Source: Nitrospirota bacterium
Lineage (GTDB): Bacteria > Nitrospirota > Nitrospiria > Nitrospirales > Nitrospiraceae
NCBI GenBank assembly: GCA_963703955.1
Contig: CAVPGK010000018.1
Location: 32,001-96,000 of the forward strand
Length of the DNA stretch: 64,000 nucleotides
Reading direction: 5' to 3'
Positions 37,722-45,768 of the stretch are shown in pieces. The notes beneath the pieces were generated by a model. The model did no database searches. It was not told the DNA's origin and worked only from the letters and a program-made list of their open reading frames with translations. A program made the position numbers and the translations under genes. Each line of letters starts with the position of its first letter. The first letter of the stretch is position 1.

Positions 37722-38975
37722 TTATCGATATTTCTTGAAGACCACCGTCGCATTGTTGCTCCCGAACCCGAAGGCGTTCAGGAGCGCGACTTGGAGAGGG
37801 CGCTGCTGCACGCGGGACGAAATTCCCGGCAGCGCGCAGGCCGGATCGGGATCGTCATAATTGACGGTCGGGTGGACCTGTCCTGTTTCCAGTGCCAAGG
37901 CGCAGGCGATCGAGCCTATTGCGCCAGCGGCTCCCAGGGTGTGGCCGATCATGGATTTCGTTGCGTTGATGAGGATTCGCTCGGATCGATGTTTGAAGAC
38001 GTGGCGAATCGCCTTGACCTCGACGGTATCTCCGATCGGGGTGGAGGTCGCATGAGCATTGATGTAGTCGACCTGTGACACGGGAACGCCTGCATCGCAG
38101 AGGGCGAGGTTGATGGTACGCGCCACCTCCAGCCCGTCTTCACGCGGAATCACCATGTGGTGCGCCTCACTGGTGGCGGCATAGCCGGCCACTTCGGCGT
38201 ATATGCGGGCTCTCCGCTTCTTAGCATGGGACAGAGACTCTAGAATTAGCGCTCCAGCCCCTTCGCCCATCACAAACCCGTCTCGCCCGCGATCGAATGG
38301 CCGCGAGGCGCGCTCAGGAGCATCGTTGAATCCGGTGGAGAGGGCGCGCAGCGAGCAGAACCCGGCAAAGACCAATGGCGTAATGCTGGCATCGGCCCCT
38401 GCGGCTATGACGACATCCGCTTGGCCGTAACGAATACAATTCAATGCCTGGCCCACGGCGTGGGCGCTGGATGAGCAGGCGGTCGAAATGGTGAGATTCG
38501 GGCCTTTGGCTCCATGGACCATGGCGACAATGCCTGAGGCCGAATTCAGCGTAATCATGGGAATGAAGTTCGGGTGGACCCGATTGGGCCGTTGCCCGCG
38601 ATATAGCTGGGTGATTTCACGTTCTCCCATCACCATCCCGCCCATACCCGCACCGATGATCACCCCGACGCGATGTGGGGCTTCCCGATCCATGCGCAGC
38701 TCTGAATCAGCCAGCGCTTCTTTCGTGGCCACAAGCGCAAACTGGGCATAGCGGTCGACCCGGTCTGTCTGTGCTCCGTCGAGGTATTGGGCGGGATTGA
38801 AGTTGACGATCTGGCCGGCGACTCGAGATCGATACGTTTCCATGGGGAAGTCGCCGAAAGACGAAATGGCGCTGATTCCACTTCGTCCTTCGAGTGCCGC
38901 CTTCCAAAACTGGCCGACCCCGATTCCTATCGGTGAGATGACGCCGAGGCCTGTAATCACAACGCGCTTCTTCAT
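37722..38975 (-). CDS. fabF: beta-ketoacyl-ACP synthase II
   Basis: RVVITGLG, TACSS, RPFDRGRDGFVMGEG, INAHATST, KSMIGH, FGFG. Confidence 0.92.
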   Translation of the reverse strand: MKKRVVITGLGVISPIGIGVGQFWKAALEGRSGISAISSFGDFPMETYRSRVAGQIVNFNPAQYLDGAQTDRVDRYAQFALVATKEALADSELRMDREAPHRVGVIIGAGMGGMVMGEREITQLYRGQRPNRVHPNFIPMITLNSASGIVAMVHGAKGPNLTISTACSSSAHAVGQALNCIRYGQADVVIAAGADASITPLVFAGFCSLRALSTGFNDAPERASRPFDRGRDGFVMGEGAGALILESLSHAKKRRARIYAEVAGYAATSEAHHMVIPREDGLEVARTINLALCDAGVPVSQVDYINAHATSTPIGDTVEVKAIRHVFKHRSERILINATKSMIGHTLGAAGAIGSIACALALETGQVHPTVNYDDPDPACALPGISSRVQQRPLQVALLNAFGFGSNNATVVFKKYR

Positions 38976-39093
38976 CTGTCGAGAAAGGGCTCCATCAGGG
39001 CATCGGACGTTCTTTTTACTCCAAGGTGGCTATCCAGTCAACTCGGCCCGGAGCGCAACAGCGGAAAGCAAATAGCAAATGGCTCGGAGTTCG

Positions 39094-40185
39094 CTAATGA
39101 CTGACTTTCAAAAACAGATACGAGCCGAACGAAAGAAACAGCAAATTGGCAATCCATCCTGCAAGAATCGGTTCGAGCACTCCGCTCCGACCGAACGCGA
39201 TAGCAACCGAGTGAGCAGTCCAATAGAGAAAGCCTACCACAAGGGCCTGGCCAATACCGATCGCCATCCCGCCTCCTCGGGTTCCGGTCCGGCGCAGGCT
39301 CAAGGCGATGCCGATGACGGCCATCACCACACTGACGAACGGGAAGGCAATCCGTCCGTAATAATCGGTCAGCAATCGAGCGACTTGATATCCGTCCTTT
39401 TCGAGGCGCTTGATGCGTGACTGGAGATCTACCAAGGTGCGTTCTTCCGTTTCGACCGACAGCCAATCGGTAAAATCCTCAGGCTGATGGGACAGGCCAA
39501 GCGGTTCCGTCACGAAGGTTTCTGTCGTGAGGCCGCCGTTCTTGAGCAAGATCCGTCGCAGACCTTTCTGCAATACCCAGCCCTGAGCGGTGTAGTGGGC
39601 CGCCTGAGCTTCAATGATCTCCGTCAGTCGGAAGTCAGGCCCCAATCGGTACAGCCGAATCCCCCGCAGGGTTGTGCCGTCCGGATCGATAGCCTCGATG
39701 TTCATCAATGTCTGGTTTTCGATCTGAATCCACGGGCGCATGGTCTTGATGGCAGCCGGAGCGGTCCTTTTCTCAATGAGGGTCGTCTTGACGTATTCGG
39801 CGCGGGTTGTGGACAAAGGAATGACGACCGCACTAAGGGCGAACAGGCCCAAAGCCACCGCCAACGAGAAGAGGAGAAACGGCATGGCCGTGCGGAGCAG
39901 GCTGATCCCGCAGCTCCGCATGGCGGTGATCTCGTGATTCTTGGAGAACATTCCGAGCGTCAACAGGGTGGCCATGAGAATGGCCAGCGGCGCGATTTGA
40001 AAGGAGATGGCCGGAGTTCTCAGAAGGAAGTACCCCAAGATATGAATGGCTTCGGCATCAAACCGAATAAAGCGGCGGACCTTCTCAAAAAAATCCACGA
40101 CCAGATACACGGTCATGAGGCCCGCGAAACACATCAGAAACACTTTGACGTATTCGCGCAACAGATACCGGAACAGGATCGTCAT
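39094..40185 (-). CDS. lptG: LPS export ABC permease LptG
   Basis: YjgP/YjgQ pattern EITAMRSCGISL; AGWIANLLF. Confidence 0.88.
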   Translation of the reverse strand: MTILFRYLLREYVKVFLMCFAGLMTVYLVVDFFEKVRRFIRFDAEAIHILGYFLLRTPAISFQIAPLAILMATLLTLGMFSKNHEITAMRSCGISLLRTAMPFLLFSLAVALGLFALSAVVIPLSTTRAEYVKTTLIEKRTAPAAIKTMRPWIQIENQTLMNIEAIDPDGTTLRGIRLYRLGPDFRLTEIIEAQAAHYTAQGWVLQKGLRRILLKNGGLTTETFVTEPLGLSHQPEDFTDWLSVETEERTLVDLQSRIKRLEKDGYQVARLLTDYYGRIAFPFVSVVMAVIGIALSLRRTGTRGGGMAIGIGQALVVGFLYWTAHSVAIAFGRSGVLEPILAGWIANLLFLSFGSYLFLKVSH

Positions 40186-40191
40186 CGATTG

Positions 40192-41313
40192 TTACCGTCG
40201 GCTGACACGGTGAAATAGTACCACCGTTGTTCCCAGGAACAGGATGTTCGGCAACCACGCGCCGGCGAATGGTGGAAGGAACAAAGTCGTAACCAAGAAC
40301 TCGCACAGGACGTTGAGCACATAGTAAACAATGATGATCATCACGCCGGCGGCGAACCCGCCTATTCGGCCGGACCGTTTGGACACGATGCCGACGGGGA
40401 CTCCCAATATGCCGAAGATCAGAGCTGCCGTCGGAAACGCGAGATCTTTGTAGTATTCCATCAAACGCCGCAGATAGCCGGCATCTTTCCAGTCCGAACG
40501 GTTCAATTGTTCGAGCACGGCCTCGCGTGAGAGGCGTTCATCGAGCGGGGCGTAGAGGCTCTGATCGAGGCTCAGCTTGAGATCGTAGGACGAAAAAGTG
40601 ACCTGATGATACTGGTCGAGGTCGTATGGACGGCTGTGAATGGTTCCGTGGAGCAGCCGAATACCGACCTGATTGCGGGCGGGTTCGCTCAACAGAGTAT
40701 AGTCGCTGGCGACAATGACACGAGCTTCTCCAGGATTGCGCTCGTCGAAGATGAAGATGCTGCCGGCCCCTTCCTGCGAGGTATCGGCCACATAGATGAC
40801 CATGCGCGGGACCGGTTCGTTAAACACGCCTTTGTCCAAGGCGAGGGTCAATTGATCGCGCAACAGGTTCAATGCCAGCCTTTTCAAGGACACGCTGGTC
40901 CACGGTTGACCCCATTGGGAGAGGATAAGCGTCAAACCAAAGACCAGGCAGGAAAATACGAACACGGGAACCGATAGACGCAGAAGGCTTAATCCCGCCG
41001 CTCGCATGGCTACCAATTCTTTGTCGTAGGACAACCGGCTAAAGGCGGAAATGGAGGCGATGATCCCCGCGATCGGGAGCGTCAACACTAGAAATGAGGG
41101 TAGGAGGTGAACGAAGACTTTGAAGATGGATGCCAGGCCGATGCCTTTGGACACAAACAGCTCAACCAGGCGCAGCAGTTCCTTCGTCAACATAACGAAG
41201 CAGAGCGCCCCGACACTGATATAGAAGGGGGGAAGCAGCTCGGCGAAAATATAGCGGTCGAGAATTTTCAGCGATGGTACTCGCAGGCCAAGCAGTCGCA
41301 TCACTATAGCCAA
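40192..41313 (-). CDS. lptF: LPS export ABC permease LptF (start uncertain)
   Basis: ILDRYIFAE, RLSYDKELVAMRAAGLS, AWLPN. Confidence 0.88.
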   Translation of the reverse strand: MAIVMRLLGLRVPSLKILDRYIFAELLPPFYISVGALCFVMLTKELLRLVELFVSKGIGLASIFKVFVHLLPSFLVLTLPIAGIIASISAFSRLSYDKELVAMRAAGLSLLRLSVPVFVFSCLVFGLTLILSQWGQPWTSVSLKRLALNLLRDQLTLALDKGVFNEPVPRMVIYVADTSQEGAGSIFIFDERNPGEARVIVASDYTLLSEPARNQVGIRLLHGTIHSRPYDLDQYHQVTFSSYDLKLSLDQSLYAPLDERLSREAVLEQLNRSDWKDAGYLRRLMEYYKDLAFPTAALIFGILGVPVGIVSKRSGRIGGFAAGVMIIIVYYVLNVLCEFLVTTLFLPPFAGAWLPNILFLGTTVVLFHRVSRR

Positions 41314-41392
41314 TTGTCGAGGTCCTGTAAATTCTTGAGGAGGATTGGAGCTCGCGCCGGTTCTTTAGACGAATTCGCATGAAAAGTTATTA

Positions 41393-41421
41393 TTGACAAG
41401 CCTAGGGCATTATGCTAGATG
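41393..41421 (+). promoter_or_regulatory. probable sigma70 promoter of the csp leader
   Basis: TTGACA, 17 nt, TAGATG preceded by TG (imperfect -10). Confidence 0.5.
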
Positions 41422-41470
41422 CTTGCCCCGATTTGCAGGCTAGGCATGCACTCTTTCACCTGTCTATCAG

Positions 41471-41506
41471 TGCCGTAGGAAGAAATCCTTCCTGCGGCAT
41501 TTTTTT
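41471..41506 (+). terminator. intrinsic-terminator-like hairpin upstream of the csp start
   Basis: TGCCGTAGGAAG-AAATC-CTTCCTGCGGCA followed by T7. Confidence 0.75.
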
Positions 41507-41588
41507 GTGACGCTCCCCCTCGGGGTGATGAGGGCAAGTCGGATCACCAGTTGGGTTTGGGTAGTGGTTTCAGAAAAAGGAGGATCGT

Positions 41589-41792
41589 GTGAAAAGCAAG
41601 GGCACTGTTAAATGGTTCAATGACAGGAAGGGTTTTGGGTTTATCCGCCTTGAGAGCGGTGAAGATGTCTTTGTCCATTACTCAGCTCTCCAGGGGGAGG
41701 GCTTCAAGTCTCTCAAAGAAGGTGAGAATGTCGAGTTTGATATTGTGCAGGGAGCGAAAGGGCCTCAGGCAGCCAATGTTATGAAGACCTAA
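41589..41792 (+). CDS. cold-shock protein (CspA family)
   Basis: GTVKWFN, KGFGFI (RNP1), DVFVHY (RNP2), [17 protein letters not shown]. Confidence 0.97.
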   Translation: MKSKGTVKWFNDRKGFGFIRLESGEDVFVHYSALQGEGFKSLKEGENVEFDIVQGAKGPQAANVMKT

Positions 41793-41821
41793 CGATCGCC
41801 CTCACTATACTTGCCCGCATG

Positions 41822-41858
41822 AGGGGGTCCGTCTCGAAGAGAGGTGGACCCCTTTTTC
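41822..41858 (+). terminator. intrinsic terminator after csp
   Basis: AGGGGGTCC...GGACCCTTTTT hairpin plus T run. Confidence 0.7.
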
Positions 41859-41950
41859 TGTCTGTGTTGCGGTCTTGTTGGTTTTCATATCTCGTTATTT
41901 TATCATGCAATTTCTTGACAAGATCGCAGAGTATGATACTTTCAGAGTGT

Positions 41951-43779
41951 ATGGAGGCTGACAAGAGTAAGGTCCAGCAAAGCGCCAATCTTTTGGCCGC
42001 GCGTGGCCAGTTCGACAAAGCCATCGCCGAGTGGAAAAAACTCCTCGCTGACTCTCCCGCAGACGGAACCATTCACAACAATATCGGAGACCTTCAGCTC
42101 AAACGCAACGCCGTCGGCGAAGCCGTCGAGGCGTATTTTCAAGCCGGTACCGCCTTTCAGGCGTCCGGCTCGGCGCTGAAGGCCATCGCCGTCTATAAGA
42201 AAATCATCAAGATCGATCCCAGTCGATATAAGGTGTACCAAAACCTCGGTGATCTCAACGCGGAACGCGGCCTAGTCAACAATGCCGTGTCCGATTATCT
42301 GACCCTGAGCAAGCTCTATCTGAAAGAGGGGTTGGTTCGGGAAGCTCTGACGGTCTACCGAAAAATCGTCAACCTGGACCCGCCAAACCTGGATATCAAG
42401 CGGCGCCTTGCCGACCTGTGTCTGCAAGAAGGCTTGCGGGAAGAAGCCGTCAAGACGTTGTTGCAGCTTGGGAAACAATGCTCTGCTCAGAACCGCGCCG
42501 TCGAAGCGCGCGAGGCGTATCAGAAGGTTTTGAAAATCGATCCCGGAAACACCAGTGCCGAACGCTTGTTGGCCAATCCTCAGGAAGCGCTTGTTGAAGA
42601 CCGACCGTCCAGGTCGGCGGACTCATCCCCGGCCTCCGGCGAGCTGGACCGGCAGCAGTCGCTGGATAAGGCGAATCGGCAGATGAACGAAGGCCAGGTC
42701 GGTGAAGCGGAAGCGCTCCTCTCAGATCTCCTGAGTTCACATCCGGGGGATCCGGAAGTATGCCGACTCCTCGCCATGTTGCATATCAAGCGCGGCGACC
42801 TCGCGGTCGCTTTGAGCGAGATTCGGTTTCTGGCCGAGGCTGCCATTCGGGCGGAGGATTATGCGTTGGCTGAGTCCATGATCCTTGAATATCTCAGGGC
42901 CGATCCGAAATCCGTCACGCTTCTCGAATTGCTGGGAAACATGTATGAACAGAACGGCAATCAGGATGCGGCGATGACTCAATACGGCAAGGCCGTAGAC
43001 CTACTCTTAGAAGAGCCCGACCCTGAAATGCCGACGCGTTCGGCCGAGTTGTATCAGAAAATCGTTCAGCTCGCTCCTACGAGCCCGCTCGCGAGTCGGC
43101 TTGCGTCGACCTTTGCTCCGTCGAAAAGGCCTCCGGCGCAGCCTGCCGGTGAGGCGCGGTCGCCGGGCGCACCCGGGCCCGAACCTTCGACGCCGATGGA
43201 GACCTCATCAGCCCGGGAAACGGTCCAGGTGGGGCAGGCTAGCCCATCCCAGGTCTCTCCAGCGGAACAACCCCGCCAGCCCAGCGAGCAGGAATATAAG
43301 ACTCACTACGAACTGGGCATGGCCTATAAAGACATGGGATTGTTGGACGAGGCGATGGAGGAGTTTCGCACAGCGCTGTATTCTCACGACTGTTTCTTGG
43401 ATGCCTCCAGCATGTTGGCCGCCTGTCTGAAGGACAAGGGGCACATGACTGCGGCGATCGAGTGTCTCGAGCAGGCGGTGGCCGACTCGCGGTGCGGGGG
43501 CAACAAGTCGGTCGCTCTGCGATATGAACTGGGCGTGATGTACGAGGCTAACGGCTTGCTCGACAAGGCCGCCGGTGTGTTTGCGACGATCTCAAATTTC
43601 CTCGACGTCCCGATCCGGCTGGAACGTGTCCAAGGCTCGGTCGGAAAAAAGCCGTCGTCTGAGTCTGAGGGGGGGTCGAGACGGACCCCGCTTCCCCTGG
43701 AGCTGGTGAGCAGGTGAGCGTTGGCGCCGGGAACACGGCCGCGCCCGAACGGAAGAAGCGTCGGATCTCCTACCTCTAA
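41951..43779 (+). CDS. large TPR protein; probable C-terminus ERKKRRISYL reached across a frameshift in the G7 run at 43669-43675 (as assembled it stops at 43717)
   Basis: Many TPR units; KTHYELGMAYKDMGLLDEAMEEF; alternative frame ends at TAA 43777-43779, 14 nt before the next ATG. Confidence 0.8.
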
Positions 43780-43793
43780 TGTCTTGAGTCACC

Positions 43794-44609
43794 ATGTCCC
43801 TTCTTGAGTTCTTTCAGCTAAAAGAGAACCCATTCTCGATCGCCATCGACAGCCGGTTTTTTTATAGTTCCCAACAACACGCGGAAGCGCTGGTCCGGCT
43901 CAACTACGCGGTGGAGAATGTGAAGGGACTTGCCGTCGTCGTTGGTGACGTCGGGACCGGGAAAACGACGTTGGCGACCAGATTTCTCGAGGAATTGGAG
44001 ACGGGCGCTTACGAAGCCGCACTGCTGATCGTCCTGCACGCGGGCGTGACGTCGGAGTGGATGATGCGGAAGGTTGCCCTCCAGATGGAGATTGCCGCTC
44101 CGGCGGAAAGCAAGACGGAGCTGTTGACTCAGCTTGGGAAACGGCTAGAAGAGGTCGCGGAATCCGGAAAGAAAGCCGTGGTGCTGATCGACGAAGCCCA
44201 GATGCTTCGCAGCCAAGAACTCATGGAAGATTTTCGCGGCTTGTTGAACATTGAAATGAACGGTCATAAGCTGGTGACGTTTGTGCTATTCGGTTTGCCG
44301 GAGCTGGATCAAGTATTGGCGCTCGACCGGCCGCTCCACCAACGGGTCGCCGTTCGTTACGAGCTGACGGCGTTAAATAGTCCCGGGACCGAAGCGTATG
44401 TCAATTATCGTCTGCGCATCGCAGGGTGCCAGGGAGGTCTGTTCAAGCCCGACACCTTTCCGCTTATCTGCCACTATTCAAAGGGAATTCCCCGCCTGAT
44501 CAATACCCTCTGCGATAATGCCCTACTGGAAGCCTATTTGAGAAAGCAGGAACGGATTGAGATGAACTTAGTCCATGAGGTTGCCGAAGATCTGAAACTG
44601 AGTCGTTAA
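43794..44609 (+). CDS. ExeA/MshM-family AAA ATPase
   Basis: FFQLKENPFS, GDVGTGKTT, LIDEAQ, GLPEL, GIPRLINTLCDNALL. Confidence 0.9.
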   Translation: MSLLEFFQLKENPFSIAIDSRFFYSSQQHAEALVRLNYAVENVKGLAVVVGDVGTGKTTLATRFLEELETGAYEAALLIVLHAGVTSEWMMRKVALQMEIAAPAESKTELLTQLGKRLEEVAESGKKAVVLIDEAQMLRSQELMEDFRGLLNIEMNGHKLVTFVLFGLPELDQVLALDRPLHQRVAVRYELTALNSPGTEAYVNYRLRIAGCQGGLFKPDTFPLICHYSKGIPRLINTLCDNALLEAYLRKQERIEMNLVHEVAEDLKLSR

Positions 44610-44683
44610 TCAGCGCTGAGTAACCCACTGCAGGAAAACCGGGCACTTTCTTTCCACTTCAGTCCTCAGCACTCAGTCCTGGT

Positions 44684-45649
44684 TCACATCACTCGATTCG
44701 GCGCGGGCCTTCCTTCCAATACCGCTACGATGTTCGCCAGGCACGTCTGGCCCATTCGAACCCGTGTGATCAGCGTCGCTGAACCCAGATGAGGAAGGGT
44801 CACGACCTGCTTGAGCTCGCGCAAACCAGGATGAAGAACCGGTTCCTGTTCATATACATCGAGCCCGGCGCCGGCGAGACGTCCTTCGTGGAGCGCGGCT
44901 GCCAGCGCGGCTTCGTCAACGACGGGGCCACGAGACGTGTTGATGAGGTAGGCCGTTGGACGCATGCGGTGAAACTCCGCCTTGCCGAGTAAGTGGTGTG
45001 TGTCGGGAGTCAGCGGAACATGAAGACTGATGAAGTCGGCCTGAGCCAGAAGGTCCTCGAACGGGACGCACCGCCAGGAGACATCTTCGGGGATGGAAGG
45101 TGTGCGACGGCAGTAGAGAATGGGCATGGAAAACCCGCTTGCTCGCCGCGCGACGGCTTGTCCGATTCGTCCCATTCCGATAATTCCGAGCGTTTTCCCG
45201 TGCACCTCCGCGCCGAGTAGTTGAGTTGGTTCCCATCCCTTCCACAGTCCTCTCTGCACCAGATCATGTCCCTCAGCTACCCGCCTGGCCGTGGCGAGCA
45301 GCAGCGCCCACGTGAGATCCGCGGTCGTCTCGGTAAGAATGTCAGGCGTGTTCGTGACGATAATCCCGCCGGCTTTGGCTGCCTTCAGGTCGATGTTGTT
45401 GTAGCCCACCGCGTAGTTGGCGACCACTCGGAGGTGCGGCGCGCGCCGGAAAACGTCGCCGTCGATCCGCTCCGTCAAGGTACAGATCATGGCCTCGGCA
45501 TGAGCCAGACCTGCCAAGAGGGCGTCCTTCGCCGGAGGCGACGAGGTCGGCGTGGCAATCAGAGAGAAGCGCGCTGCAAGGTCAGCCATAACCGGCTCGG
45601 GAAGTCGTCTCGTGACGTATAGGTTAGCTTTCTTCATCGAGATCATCAT
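44684..45649 (-). CDS. D-2-hydroxyacid dehydrogenase (glyoxylate reductase / D-glycerate dehydrogenase-like)
   Basis: NYAVGYNNID, TNTPD, GMGRIG, INTSRG, LDVYEQEP, PHLGSAT. Confidence 0.92.
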   Translation of the reverse strand: MMISMKKANLYVTRRLPEPVMADLAARFSLIATPTSSPPAKDALLAGLAHAEAMICTLTERIDGDVFRRAPHLRVVANYAVGYNNIDLKAAKAGGIIVTNTPDILTETTADLTWALLLATARRVAEGHDLVQRGLWKGWEPTQLLGAEVHGKTLGIIGMGRIGQAVARRASGFSMPILYCRRTPSIPEDVSWRCVPFEDLLAQADFISLHVPLTPDTHHLLGKAEFHRMRPTAYLINTSRGPVVDEAALAAALHEGRLAGAGLDVYEQEPVLHPGLRELKQVVTLPHLGSATLITRVRMGQTCLANIVAVLEGRPAPNRVM

Positions 45650-45692
45650 ACCCGGAAAGCAGGCTCCCCTTGCAGGATTTGGCTGGGCTACC

Positions 45693-45722
45693 TTGACGAG
45701 TCTGTTAGCCCTTTGCTAGGAT
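45693..45722 (+). promoter_or_regulatory. sigma70-type promoter of the NHL gene
   Basis: TTGACG, 18 nt, TAGGAT with extended TG. Confidence 0.55.
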
Positions 45723-45768
45723 CAACGATCCAACTTATTGGTCGATCGCAACCTTTTACCGTGGGTCG

